Source: Balanoglossus misakiensis
Lineage: Eukaryota > Animalia > Hemichordata
DNA: 64,000 nucleotides
Reading direction: 5' to 3'
Assembly (NCBI GenBank): GCA_040954595.2
Contig: CM082596.2
Coordinates: 966,736-1,030,735, forward strand
Both the position numbers and the translations under genes were made by a program. This document shows, piece by piece, positions 1-15,011 of this stretch. The notes beneath the pieces were generated by a model. It was not told the DNA's origin and ran no database searches. It saw only the letters and a program-made list of their open reading frames with translations. Every line of letters begins with the position of its first letter. The first letter of the stretch is position 1.

Positions 1-3000
1 GACTTGTTATCACTCGATCGGGGGATGAGGATATTAACGGTAAACCTTAAGACTTGAAGATCAACCAAGATATTATCACAGCGTAATTTTATATTATTTT
101 GTAATGATCACTTCTGGCTTGTGAGTTGTATGGACCTTAATACCGGTATAAGGTATATTAGATATTTTGATCATAACTGGTTATTGTTAAGCAAAAAGCG
201 TTGAAAGCAGATTGCCTTTAGTCAGAGAACACAAGACATGTACGCAAGAAAACAAACAGACTTTACAGCAGTTATAATTCTTGTTCCGGTAATACCACGG
301 TTGAAGAAGCTATGGATACGGTACATTGGCTTACACAAATGAAAGTCGTGTAGAAACGTGGCTTGCTTACTACGACTTGTTTTTTATTTGACCATTGCAA
401 ATATCGCTGATATATTTTAGTTGTACAGCTTTAGTACACCACCGATAGTCACAGTAGTGAAATGACTACGTGATATGTAGATTAATGTGCAGTATCCCGT
501 AGCACTGACACGCCCAAGCACATACAACCAGGATGAAATCACAAGCTACTCATCGCGGATTGCCAGAGGAACGTATAGTAATAACACTTTGCTTTCCGCA
601 AGCAGTCGTTGTGAACGTGATGCTGAATGAAGAAGTGGATTCATGTGACTGCCAACAGTCTGTCCGACAACGTTTCTATCAAACTGCTATAGAATAGCTA
701 ACATTATATGGAATATCTGCTGTTATACATATCGGCGGAAACAAAACAACCACAGGTCATGAAGTTAGGATAGCGTGCTGAAAGCGTTTATCGGTTATTT
801 GGAATTTTGTTATCTCAATAAAATTATTTGCATTAATGTAAAACTATTTAATTGAGAAAACGGAAACACACTTTTAGTTACTGATCCCTACAGTAATGCA
901 ATCTAGTCGTGACGGATGCCTTTGCCCCAGAGTAGTACATTGGTAACATGTAATGCAATTTTCAGCTGTAATGAATCTGTAATGAAGCTGTACGGATTCA
1001 CAGACAGTTTTCTCACACACACCGACACAGAGCAGGAATAAATTGATGGCTGATTGCACTTGTACTAGTCAGTTAGTCGGCGGACAATACTACATAGGTC
1101 GCCTGTAATTTTCTGTCAAAATACATGTACCAGTGAGAATTGACACACCGTGATCATATTATTGAACTGTCGGCAATCCTGATACACTATTAGACTGATC
1201 AGGGAAAGCAGTTAACCTGGTATTGTTGCGAGCAAACATATTTACACCTCCGGGTACCCCAACAAAAAGAATGTGACAAGCAATCACAAATTGAAATCTC
1301 ATTCGAAGCAAGGCTCTATGCGCAAAGGTCAATAAAACAGTTCAGAATCTGGAAGTATCGAGGTCGCAGTACATGCACTATTTGCCTGGTGACATCATTT
1401 ATTTCATTCGAGGTTTCCTATACCTGTGAAACATTCACACTGTTCATGTTCTTTCTCTAAGCCATCTAGCGTCACCCCTCCCCAACCAGCTATATAAATT
1501 AGCTAGATATACTCTCACACCACGTTCGTAGTTGCATCTTTGATAGTATGCTTAACATAAATGTATGGCATCTTGGAATCTTACATGTATATGCCTTCTC
1601 ATTAGAGATATCAATCATACCGGGCGAGTGTAAGACCCAGCTTAAATTCTACTACATAAGAACAGACACCTTATGTTTGTGACATGTATATTTATGTATC
1701 TTGGACACGCAGAAAATACTAGTTCGTGAAATCTTAAAAGACACTGACAGAAAATGTCGGCCTGTTCCAGATTAAGCTTATGGATTTAACTTTCGTCCTT
1801 TCCGGCGGAAGGTTTTCGACAGCAATTGTAATATATGTGCGCTTCTCACAAAATTAATATAATCTGATTACGAGTCCATGTCAATCAGAATGATGCAGGT
1901 GTCACTCTTGAAGTGACAGTATAATCATGCAGAATGCCATCAGTTATTGGTCATCTAAAGTAATTATTATATCCCCCTGAACATATTATGGTTCATCAAG
2001 GCCAATACATCGGATCATGTTAGTATTTTCTATTCAAGACCAAGGAACGTTGTCTATATTCATCAATATAACCACCACCTAATCAATCAATCAACCAACC
2101 AATTGAACCATTTCTCCCAAAGTGTCATTGTTGGAGATATTATCTGGAAAGAACTTCATCAAATCAAGCACAGTGACACATGGGATATGGGTTTCTCTCA
2201 AGTATATGACAGCAAATACTTCATCAGTGATTCCTTGGGATTGGACTGGCACAAGATCAGAGAATGATACACATCACGGATCATACATCACGCTTGAGTC
2301 ACCCCCAACGGATTAGTTGCCCTGAATATCTGCCAATATCAAAATCCGACCGCACACATCCACCTCATCTAATTGTTTACAGTTCAACCCAATTCTCTCA
2401 CATTTCCACTGATTGGACAGATTAGAACTTTCCTCACTGTGGCTTTGTGATTGGGAGATTTGCAAGTCAAAGTCAGAAAGTCTCTCGCTGCAATGCACAT
2501 TGGGGTTAAGTCTTGGCAAAACATAAGCTGTGTTAATTGGAACCAAACTGTGTAACCAGGCCACATACATGTGTGTTTATACCTATTGATTATAAGATGG
2601 GGTGTTCCCTTGCTTAAACATCTGGGTCATGATGTTAATTAAATGGCATTTTCCTGGCGATTATCAGCGCCACATTCGTATCACAATCCACTGACTCTTA
2701 TATCGGAGTAGTAATTAAAGAAGGATGATTGATGCATAAAGATATTATCAATCAATGTCTGCTCAGTGGGTGTGAATGTCTATCATGAGGTTAACTTTTC
2801 CTCCTTTGATGAAAAAACGTCAGATTCAGACAGTACTTTCCCCGTAATTATAAATCAACACAAAGCAGTAAAACGTGACAACTATTAAATTAATTTTCAC
2901 GCACAAGTTAGCTTCCCTTATTATAGCGCTAAGTGCTAGTTCATGTGGAATAGGTCATTGATAGTACTTAAAGGGTCACATTAAATCTTGTTTTTTCTCT

Positions 3001-5096
3001 TATTTGGACAATTTGTACTACGCTACGTGAGTCAAATCTAGTACACTCTCTTCCTATACAATCATGATGGATGCATGCATGATGCATGTATGTTAGGTAG
3101 ACGGACTGACGAAGGTACGAACCACAGTCACGAACAGATATGTTTTGTGATCTAATGAACATGGATAATGAAGCAGAACTGTTGCTTGTATGTAAGTGTA
3201 GCTGTTTGCTGTCATTTAAAATGATTATTTCCGTACACGACTGCCTCTAGGCCTCAATATCTCATTAAAGTTTATGGATGTTTATCCGTAGGAAGACAAT
3301 CTGAGAATACGACTGTTCATTCATTACATCACGACGGGAGTTCAACTTTTTTATGGTTTCGTAAAAGAGAGAAGTGTGTAAGGTCGTTTATGTGGGGTGG
3401 CGTTTCTGTACGTTGGATTCCTGGTGGATTCCTCGGGGAAGGTTGACTTTTCCATGTGTCAATCTTTTCCGGAAATCTACCATATTCTATGACTTGTCTA
3501 AACAACATTTTCGAATCCACATACACGTACTACAAAGACGAAACAAGATGTGAGTCATAACAGAGTTTTGTTCTATAAGTAACAAAAGCAAGGTCAACTA
3601 GAGGCTCTTTCATCAAAACTCAAAATGTCATGTTGTGTTAATGGATACGCTGGAGAGTAGGTGTAAACTCTAATAACATTATGTCCGAAGAATTCAATTT
3701 GTCACTGCACCCTGCAGTGCAGTTGTATTTGAAAGAAACCGAAGTAATTAGATAATCGGTGTGATGGCTGTAATCACTGTCGCTTATCATCACGCCTAAT
3801 AGAATGGCCATCCTTGCATCCGGGCATAAATAACACGCATTATCAACAGTCATGTTTGCACTGCTGTTCGACTTCAAAAGTCTTGTGGTTGACGACATTT
3901 TATCTCCTCCATAGAAGATACATCTGCACTGATGGTTGAGTGTTCTGTTATCAGAGCATTCATGCATATTAATTTCTTTGATGATTCATGAGAGCCATTT
4001 ACACCAGATAAGATTTGTTTCTTCCCGTTTTTGTCAACAGAGTGTAGTCATATTTTATCGCTTATTGCTGTAGGCCGAAGAGCATGGGAAATTTGTGCCT
4101 GTTTTACATTTTCTCATTTACATTTTGCATGTTGAAGACTGTTCTGTCCTTTTGATTTTTCAAATATCTGGCCAGATTACAGACTGAAACATGGCAAATC
4201 ACAGCAGTAGCCATGCCTCATATTCAAACCTGTGTCATCTTTTGAAAGAAAGCCTTCTGAACATTTGGCCTGAAAGTGAAATACAATCAGGATAAAAATG
4301 AATGCGTTTACTGAACCTCTTCTTTGAATTCTTAAATGTAATCTTTGTATGCACCTCGGTGAGGCAGCGAGTTGATTTGCAGACGCCCACTGATGCTGGA
4401 CAGCTTACGGCTATCCATTATGTAACGCAGCATGATATGAGTTGTGAACAAGAGTGAGATAGTAGTATGATGTGAGGCGTATCATACCAACAAAGGCGGT
4501 CAAAAATAATACACTTTGATATAGTCTTCTTCAGGAGCTTGAAATTTAAACTTTGATTTTAATCCCTCGTATATACAGTTACTGAGTACCACGTCTGAAT
4601 TTTGGTCTAGTTTTGTGTAGAAAATCTAACTGGATCAAACAGTATTTGTTGGTAAGAAATGGCTATAAATTATTTATCTATCAAACATTGTTTATCTTCT
4701 CGTATATTTCATTGGAAATATAATGGAACAGAATTAAGTTGTTTAAATTGATAAATCTTGATTTTGCCCTAGTAACATGATATGATACTAATTACATGAC
4801 ACGACTATGTGGAGCATCCTTACTCACTCTTTTTGAAACACACGGCCCCATTCTCTATTATAAGCCTCCAGGTCCATATATATCATTTTCCTGATGTTGA
4901 ATGGCTTTGTTCTTTGTTTCCCTTATCGCTTACATTTTGCACTTGATACCTCGAATAATTGCCTGGTACATTCGTTATCAATTCTAGTTTGCAAATTCAT
5001 ATTTGACGAGAATATTCATGGCCTACACGGCGCCGATAAGGCCGCCTGTCTGACGTCAACGATGCAATCAATATCAAACTTTCACATACCACCCTC

Positions 5097-5203
5097 TGTG
5101 TTAAGTTTTAAAATCCTACCCTTTCTTCATCTATGTCATTATTTTCCCATGTGTTAAGTTTTAAAATCCTACCCTTTCTTCATCTATGTCATTATTTTCC
5201 CAT
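5097..5203. repeat. Tandem duplication, 2 x 53 bp
   Basis: The unit tgtgttaagttttaaaatcctaccctttcttcatctatgtcattattttccca starts at 5097 and again at 5150. It explains the duplicated peptide VLSFKILPFLHLCHYFP in two spurious ORFs. Confidence 0.95.
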
Positions 5204-8200
5204 TTCCCTCTCGCATCCTACCATCACGTATTCATTCCCAACATCCTGTACGGCCATATTTCCTTCTTTTGACACAAAACATTCCATTGTGACATTTTCA
5301 GACTCTGAAGCAGTGTGGTGCCAGCAAAATGCATTCAAGATTTTCGACTCTTTTTCTGATGCAGCCAGGTAATTAGACCTGGATATTATTTATCATTTAT
5401 TTATATTTCATGATTGCCTTATTTAATTAATTATCTATATATCTTCCAATCTCATTTATCTATCTATCTATCTATCTATCAATTTGCTTAAAGTCATTAT
5501 AATGATTGAAAAAGACGGGTCATTATCACCAGACATACATCTTTTTATACAAATCTTGCACATCCTAATTGTCATTCTGGATTCCAACACACATCCTATA
5601 TCTACAAATTCCCTATAGTGAACATGTCACTGCCCTGCACAGAGCTACGTCTCAAAACACTTTCATATATCGAAGAACGAAAAGGTTTTGAAGAATGTAA
5701 TTTTTCTGAAAACCTGTCTCTGAGGCTCGCACTGACTTAAAGATGTTCAATATTCTCGCTCGTCAACCGATCACACTTTACGCTAGGGACAGTAAGAAAA
5801 AGAAAAAAGCGATACCACTTACAGTACAAGCAGACAAGCTTTTACTCGCAAATGTGGAAAGCGTGCCTGCACGAAAGCTGATCTGAAATTATGGAGAGAA
5901 ATGCCACAGCAAATCAAGCAATGAAACTCGGGTATGTCACTCAAGCATGAAGGAAAGAGATCTCTTCAGAGCTATGTGTTTCAGCTGCTTTCAGCAAATT
6001 AAATGGTGGACTTCTAGTTTGTTATCATGATTCTTAGGTAATACATTTTATCATTTCATTTTTTAAAGTTGAAAAATACTTATAGTCAGTAGTAATCGCA
6101 TTTAGGGAAAGAAGCATTGACATTAATTATTTCTTCTGTATACTAGCCGAATTCAAAATACTGTTTGTATGAATGTTTGGAAGGTACGTACTGTCTGATT
6201 AGAGCCGATATTTTGGTTTTCACCCTTAAGTACGTTAAATCGGGCATATCGTGATGCAGCTAGTACGTACGTGACTACACCGTAATTGCCAAGAATGGAT
6301 TTCATTCCATCCGTGATACTTCAGCAAGTGTTGAGTTACCACATCATAAAAGAAATTGAAAACAATCAAATGACAGAAAGTATCCCTTCAGACATGCTAG
6401 CTTTTCCTAATTGAAAACGTTCCCCAATAATAAGTTTAAGTCTCGTCTCATTAATCGGAACTAAACAGCTTGGTTTTTTATAGTCTGTTTGGAACAACAA
6501 GATAGATTAGTGTATTATAGTATTATGTTCTCTTATTGCAATTTTACATCGTTGATGGAACATCGCGTTTAAATTCAGATTGAGAGATTGATCACCGCTG
6601 TGATATCTGTATAGTGTCTTATCCTCTTGAAATACGATAAACCATGATGATTTCCACTTTAACGAAATGTGTTTATTCTATAATAGCGCGCATTTACTGT
6701 GGTTGAATCATTGTCTCAGGAAAGAGTGAAAATCGAGAGTGAAAAGAGTGAAAAGCTATCGTTAAAATGGATATTTTGATGGAATGTTGAAGACAAAATC
6801 ACATCATCATTGGGAATGATTGCAGTGAAAGAGTACGGCCCTAACAACGACAAGTGGTTTCCGGTTGTAAAATGTACCAAATGTATATCCTCTTATATAG
6901 CGCTTCAATTTGTAGACTGTACACAACTTGCAGTCAGATTTGTACACTTTAGCGGACATCCACTACAGCTTCATTTTGATTTGTAAACTGGTATATAGTC
7001 ACAATACCCTCGATGCGAAAATTAAATTGCAATTTTGAAAAGAATTTACACGCAACGTTTCATCTTTTTACTGCACTGCATGTGCGTGTGTAAGTGTTTG
7101 AAAGCAACAAATCTTCAATGCACTTTGATTGCAATTCATACAAAGACTAACACAAAGTCACGATAACTAGTACATCAGCAAATCCGACTGATTGCTGTTT
7201 GTACCACCAAATCTAAATTTTCTGCCACTGACAGTAACATATTTTATCAATTCAAACCGTCCGATTGTCTGTTGATATTTCCATAGCTGTAATTCCATTC
7301 ATGGCGTTAACCAAAAACTCGACAATCTCAGATAAACATCGTTTATCCTCCTAAGTCACACTCATGCCGATTTAATGCAATAGTGTACTGATGCGTGTTC
7401 CCTACGTAAATTTAAACATGACATCTCATTTGTTTTTGAGATGGTCATTTTGTTTTAAATAATTGAAAGTACTGGTATGCGTTTGGGGGTTATCTTCACC
7501 AACATAGTGAATTACGGTTGATGCTGTCGTCAAGGTTAATTCGACACACACTTTGAATCAGTCACGAACTCACAATGACGAGGACGTACTTTGTGAATCG
7601 GCAGCGATGGGAAACGTGTATGTCTAAGTAATAGACAGAGTTGAAAGACCTCAGGCTGCGTCATACCACAGTCATATCATCAACACAAATTGGGACTGAC
7701 ACAAGACGAGGACCCCCAACCAAAGCGAATTATGTCTTAACACGAATGCACATATGATTCTGTTTGGGAATTTCAGTCAAAGGGATTTGGTCAGCCTGGT
7801 CATTATGTTCACTACAACCTCTCTAGATTCTGTCTGCTCCTGGATCACCTATTTATATGGTAAAACTGCAAAGGGATTATTAGCTGTGCGCTAGGTCTTT
7901 AATGACTTAATGCCACGATACGGGTACAGCTCAGTGAATGTATAACGAAGACGTTCGCTTTATAAATTGGAAATCTGGTGTTGACATCAATTAGGATGGC
8001 AATCTATGGTGGAGTTGTATTCGCTACGAATTCCCTGGGAGTTTTACGGAAATATTCATTGTACATTTTAACGTGTCACACAGCAAATGATTAAAATTTT
8101 CCGCTATAGTTCTCATATATTTCATGACAGCTAGTGTATGCAATGCCAAATGTCAGTACGACATCCACGAAGTTATTAAAATTCTGAATGACGCTATCTT

Positions 8201-11126
8201 TAAGGCTTAAATGAGCAATCAATTTTGAGATATAAACGCTTTGTTCAACCGGAAGAGTATGTTCATTCGGAAGGTAACCATAAGGCAATAATTTGAATTT
8301 CAGAAAGCGACGCCAATATTATCTTATCACACTCATGTCAGATAATTCAAAAAGCTTCTTCAACTAATCTTTTCAGTTTTGTTTATTTCAGACAGACTGA
8401 CGCACAAGCATGTACGATGAAGTAAGCGTGAACACTGCGTATTCTGTAATCTCCGTGAGAAATTTAAAAAAAATTGTCAGTACAGGCTTATTGACTGGGT
8501 TACTTGAGTAACACGTAGGTTAATGTACTATAGAGTTCAAGTACTTATCGCTTTCTACAGACAACAGGAAAGTAATCCTTTCAATATTATTCATTTACGT
8601 TTAATTTTAACGTACAAATTTCTTGGACACATTTTACTGCAACTATGCGTCACTGAAATGTGACCTTAAAAGTGAAACAAGAAAGAAATGAACGATACAC
8701 GGTACAACGTATAGTTCATGACCTTCTTCATAGTCATTGACTTCTCCCTGGCATTTATATATTATTAACGACTTTTTAATGATAAAAATTGGCCGGATAA
8801 GCGATGATAGAACCACGTGCGTCAATGTTTATCTTGACGAAAAAATGGCCGGCATTGACCACATAGTCAGAGGTAAGATACTGAATGGGATTAACGAACA
8901 ATGGCTTAATTAAAAAGCTATTACTGTGCATTGATATTCTTTGGGAGTCAAGTATTGGAGAAGCGAAAAACAAATCCCTGGTGACTGAAGTTCGCGTGCT
9001 TCATGTCATAAATACGAGCACATAAGTATAATTTAAAGGCATGCTAAATATCTACTTGCTCCTTAAGTAGCTTGAAGATGTGCCCATAAATGTCATTATT
9101 TTCAACATGGGACAAAATGAAATGAAAAATAATGGTTTCGCGTATAGACAATTTCATTTCTTATTTCTCTGCATGCAATAATATCCTTTAGGAAATGTAG
9201 AACACTGAAGACGTGTGTATAACGTCATGACGTGGGAGTCTTATCGATAAGACTGCATGCAGAAGTATATCAAGTGGGCATACTGGTGTTCCCTTCAGTA
9301 ATACTACACTTTAATGCAGATCTATGCTATTGATGCAGTGCTTGTATTTTCAGAGGACACAAAATTTGCTGATTATTTTCAGTGATGTCCGCCAGAAAGG
9401 GAGTTCGCTCATGTTGTCGTGATTATTGAGAGATCAACCGATTGGTGACCAGCAGCCACATTGGATCCTATCGTCAACAAACCGATGTACATATGTGCTG
9501 AGTTTGAAAGTGTTTTGTTCACCACCTCTCTGAAAAATGGCCATGATGAAAGGACGGGAGGAGCTCAATCTACAGTGTTTAAGTCCCTCGACCACTGAGA
9601 CTAAAAAGGGTTAAACAATAAGCAATTTATGAGGTTGAAATTCATTTCGATTGTTTTACGTCATGACGATGCGATCAGATAATGAGCGGGGTGCGCGAGT
9701 CCTCCACGGCCATCTGCACCAATCAACAAGACTGGATAAGCACTGTTATATGACAACCTTTTGGCCTGGAGGGAATTAATGACAACTAAAATGAGTGAAT
9801 CATGAGCTATTTGACAGTTAGATAATAACCATTGATATAAATATAGTTATCACACTAACAAAGTCTCATTACGCTATCGTAATCATGCTGATTTTTTGTG
9901 TCATTCTACCGTTGCTAGGAGACGATGGCCACAATCACAGTTTGTGTGCAATTTTAGGAAAGTGGGGAAAATTTCAAAGGGAACTCAGATATTAGTCGCA
10001 TGATTTTAATCACTACACTTTTAGATTATCACCCATCATCACATTATTATTATTACATATCGGTATATTCACTTGAGTACGATGTATACAATGGCGTGAA
10101 AAACAGAAAGTGGTCTTTTCTCGCCATTTAATAATATTACTGGTAGGTTTTTGATAAAATCAAATTATGCACTAAGAATTATGCACGCAGATTTATAGTG
10201 GAATGAGATTATTTCGGATCAGACAATTTCGACTTTTAGCAAATTTGTGGAAAGGAAAACCAATCAGCCTGTCTTTTCAAGGTATTACGTCACACTGTAT
10301 TGTTATTCCGTCAGTTTCAACGAACGGCTCTTCCTCAAACAGGCCATCACTGAATTTCCATGCTTTCAATTTCCCTATTAGCAAAGCCGCATTTCGTTCA
10401 AGGAAACGGTATTCATAAGCTTACTGGTTAATGTGATAACGTCGGCGAGTGCCAGTATGCAGGGACAACGATGAAAATAAAACTAGTTAAAGTGTATTGG
10501 ACGTGATATCTACATGTTTCTATTAATTCTTGTGTCCAGTGATTCAAAGAAGCTAAGTGAAGACACAGCTGAGACAACACGCAGTATTTTTGAAGTGTTC
10601 ATATTTTGAAAAATCCGGCTTATTGTTAGTGGTTCCCTTCGCTACAGTATTACAATTTAAGACACGTCGAGTGTCGTTAACTAATTGCGCTGTTGTGTGG
10701 AAATGGCCCAGGTATGATTTCGGAAATTTATGTTATGGCGACATATATTTACGTCGATGCTTCTTGTAATTACCCCATCAATGATCGCTGCACGCTAACT
10801 GCCGATCGTAAACTGTCACACTCACTCCACATCCAGATTCCCCGCGTTTAATAAGAAGTTCACGGCTAGATTATTTGCATATGAATACAAGTAACTGAAA
10901 ACGTACTCGATTTGTATTTCCTAGGGTTTACTCCTTGAACGGGAAGCTGCGCCGCGCCACGCCGCGCGTGATGCGTAAATGATGGATGACAAGGGAAGTA
11001 TAAAACAAAATGTTTTATCAGGCACAATGTAATCACTTATCCAGTCTTACACGGTACCTGGTAATAAACTGACCCGTTCAGTCTCATTCTGACGTCACAC
11101 CAGAATGACACTAATCATAAAAATAC

Positions 11127-11454
11127 CTTTTTCTTGGCTTGCTTGATTCGATCCCCTCTGCTGGCAGGGTTGATGTGCCGGTCTTTTGGTGATGTCTTTC
11201 ACAGTATTGTCCACACAAAAGCGATCCAAGCTTTCCGCTGTACTGCACTCTGTTGTCATATGGTCACTGTGTCTCTGATCCGAACTGTTTGCCTCCTTCA
11301 TTCCTTGTGATTCATCCAATTTCGTGTATCTCGTCCTTAGCCTCGCACTTTTCGATGTCGAATCCGTTGGCCGCTCTTGTCGCTCCCCAGAAATATCAAC
11401 ATCTGTCGTTACAGTAACTGTGCTTGCCTTTTTCCGCCCGATTATCGCTCCCAT
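11127..11454 (-). CDS. First coding exon of an unidentified gene (MGAIIGRKKAS..., possible N-myristoylated protein); the rest probably lies beyond a long intron
   Basis: ATG at 11454 opens a hydrophilic 109-codon frame ending at the donor AAAG|gtattt (11126, phase 1). A candidate 5'UTR intron at 11542-11667 has GT-AG ends. No convincing downstream exon was found in 1-11100. Confidence 0.55.
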
Positions 11455-12741
11455 AGTTTTAAAAATATCGTCTTTGCACAAGATATGTATTAATGAAGGA
11501 GTTTATCCCCTATAGCCTTCATGGGCACTGGTTAATGCGTCCTGTGGGAATACCAGAAAGACGTAATGAAATCGCAGAATACCTCAAACTCTGAACGATG
11601 AGCTTTCACCAAAGAGATCGGCGATATACTGTTTATACATTTAGAAGATTACTGGCAGATTACTTACCGTGATGAAGAGAGTCAGTCAATAATGCCCACA
11701 TCTGATCCTTAATGGCATCGTAGAACACGTGGTAAGAAATCCCACTGGTCCATATACTGCAGCGACAAACATACCACCCATACAATGTATATATATGCGA
11801 AATACGTTTCGGCAGAAAATTGTAGTGTTCGTTCGATAAATCAGTCGCACATTTTCATCTCACCTTACTTCCCTTTAAATGTAGCATGGTTCCATTCTGA
11901 TACAGCACAAGAGCAGCGTGAGTACAACTGAAGGCGACGTGTGTCCTTACTTGTCAACGGTAATGGCGAGACCAAGGCACTATATGTCGTAGCGTGGATA
12001 CTGCAACACTGCAACAAAAAGACGACATTTTGACAAATCGCATCGTAGTTTAAATCCCACAGTGTAAAATAACAACACGCAATAATGGTGGACTCACACG
12101 CCTACATGTGACCAGAACTGATGCCCTACGAATCATCAGACGCCCGACGCCAATGCGAACTCACCAACCGCAAGAGCTAGCCACACGTGACTGTATAACA
12201 ACCAAATTCACAGAAACACTCAATCAAACGTGGAGCACACTGGCAATGAGCTAGAGGTCATCTCAATCATCATAGCTTGAGGGAGGATGAAATGGTTGCT
12301 AGGCAATCATGATAACAGGACCAATTCTGCGACAAGAGTGGCAGAATTGACTTTGTAGCCAATAATCATTATGCACAATTCAAAGTGCTCAGATGTTCAG
12401 ATACACGCTATTAAATGTCTCCATTCTGAACTTACTCCTGGCTCATCTGTGCGTCAGTGAAGAAACCATAGAGGGTATATTAATACTGTATCAGAACCAA
12501 AGAATACGATAATATGCCTTGGGTCATTGCGAGGTTTTCCCTTCGATATCAGCCGACTTTGTTGTGACTACTTAAACAGTAACTCATCAGTTTGTAGTAA
12601 CAATTACGCATTTCCGTCATCTCTCCGGTACAAGTAGACAACATCCATACATCACAAGTGTGTGTCGTGATGCGTGTTCTCATACACTCGAACATTGTTT
12701 CTTAGTACATCCGAACATTCATATAGAAACAAATTATTAAA

Positions 12742-12797
12742 CATACATACATGTACATACATACATACACGCACACACGCATGCATACATACATACA
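12742..12797. repeat. (ATAC)n/(AC)n imperfect microsatellite
   Basis: acatacatacatgtacatacatacatacacgcacacacgcatgcatacatacatac. Confidence 0.85.
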
Positions 12798-15011
12798 TGG
12801 AAAACATCGTAGTCGCTTATACTTCAAACAAAATTCGTACAAACAAAAGCTGTCGTAAATATTGGACACCGATTCTGGTATTTTCACTAGATAGTTGTTT
12901 TGAATGAATGGGCCGTATGGTTTGTTTTTATGGCCAGCAAGTCTGCTTATTGCATACAATGGGGGGCCGGTAGCAATTACCATGATATGAAAGAAAATCC
13001 CTCGCATTAAAAACGGTCGGCATATCTGATATTACACAGTTATCATGCAAATTGAAACAGACAAGGACATTTTAGTCGTCTTTGTTTAACCAACTCAACT
13101 CGTATATTTTTATATCATAATTTTATGTTTCTGACCTGTGAATGTTTGAATGTGTAGACCTGTTCATCAAATGATACAATAAGGTTAACATTTCCATGAG
13201 TGAGCTAAAAAGAGCGACCCTTAAATAATAATGTTTTCGTTGTTTGGGTACCCAGGTACGTATATGTCGAAATCACAGTTCTGTACTTTATTTTCCCAAA
13301 TAAATTAACGTTAATTGGCAGTTTTATAAAAGTAATTTCCGGTTCCAATCACAAGAAACGCATACAGTTAGTGCAACATTGTGCACACATTTAACGTCAT
13401 ATTTCTCAAACACCATCCACAGTTGGTTCACTGTCCTGTGGCCAACATTCAAACTAAAAACATGGAGTTTACAATATTAGACATGTGCTACGGTGATATC
13501 AATGCATATATGGTTTACGCATGAACTGTGAAAAGTATGTCAGCCTCTACGTATATGTTGTACACATATAAATGACCTCATAGCCTAGGTCTACCTTTTG
13601 GTTACTATACATAATGTATGATATTCTTAACTAAACCCTCTTTTAAGCGGATTTGTGCCCGATATTTTATCCAGCATTTTATTGTCAATCACAACGAGAG
13701 AGATAAATATGCATGCCATAGAGAGGCTTTCACAGACGTGGATGTTTAATATTGTATGCGCTCTTACAAATGTCAAGTATTAAACTGATTATGTCCATTT
13801 TTATGTTGCTGTACATGGTGCCATGCTTTCCTTTTGCGCCCTTACAATGGAGAATCAAAGAGCAGACACAGATTATAGGGTCACCTGTAATCAATCGATA
13901 TTTCAAGAACTATATAAGTGAGACATCGATAAAATTTTGACATTGGATAAGAGAATAGCTTCACTGGTTGCACTTTTTCAGCCAAAAAGATTTTTCTGCT
14001 ATTTTCGTTTGATATGTGACCTTCCTTGTTCGAATTTCACACAAGGACCGAAATGTTGTTTTCCATTATAGAAAATTGTCGTTTCCCGTGACAGTCGTGA
14101 ATAAGCCATGATGCCTTTCAATTGCCGTAAGACGTAGCCAACAAATTACTCTGCATCCCCAAAAGTGATATTGGTCTCCAGTTGGTCGCCATGGAAATTT
14201 CAAATCAAACACAACAATATAACATCTGAGAGGTTTGACATGTTTTCGTAATATTTACAAAACTACAATTAATGTCAAGCTATTTATTGGTTTTGTGCTA
14301 AGAGTTGTTGTATGTGACACATCCGCATGGCCACTGTCTTCAATATATGTTGTATACAGGAAATTACACAGCAAGGCGTTTTCCGCGTTTCACATGACTG
14401 GGTAATTTTGATTTACAAATGACAATGTTCCATGCTACAAATTGATGTCGCTCGGTAAGTATTTCACATTCAAGCAATATGAACTTCCAAACAAAAGTGA
14501 TTACTTCATATCCGCTATCTGTCTTTCCAACTTTGCGTTCAATATGTCCATTTTGGTTAAACATAATTCAAGCTTTCGTGTTTTCTTGATAAGACTGTCA
14601 TGTGTTGTTGAACTCCTCATAAATAATAATCTGTAAACTGAATACTAGACATATTTCGCTTTGAATATCCCTCGGATATTATTGGACAAAAGAGACGTAG
14701 AAACTCCATCCGATGTTTTATATTGGCCACAGTACATCTTTTCAGTTCTTATAGCATGTCTTGTTTCTATCTCTCTATGTCTTGTTTCTATCTCACAGGC
14801 GCAAATATAGACTCGGCACACATACTCTGACGTCTACAGAAAAGTTTTCTTGAAAGTACATGCATTTCTGAAAGTAGGCTTTTGCAGCAAAAACAAGAAC
14901 GATAAAAAGCATGCAAACCTAATTTTCGTGCCATTTGCGCGATTTACATCATTAGACTTTCCATTTCAAACTATTCGGCATGGGTTGTCGCCATGGAGAG
15001 ACGACATTTAA

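Noticed and set aside
4894-5372. Two ORFs sharing an identical peptide
   Set aside because: Artefact of the 53-bp tandem duplication.
5823-5882. 60-nt minus-strand segment with good ag/gt boundaries, as candidate exon 2 of the 11.4-kb gene
   Set aside because: In the required phase 1 it contains a TAA stop, and no homology was recognised.
2968-8670. ttaaagggtcacat (2968) and atgtgaccttaa (~8658) as termini of one large TTAA element
   Set aside because: The ends are offset by 2 nt, 5.7 kb apart, with no internal transposase; likely chance or unrelated fragments.
13868-14634. cacagattat ... ataatctgta as inverted termini of an element
   Set aside because: Only a ~9-bp match and no target-site duplication.
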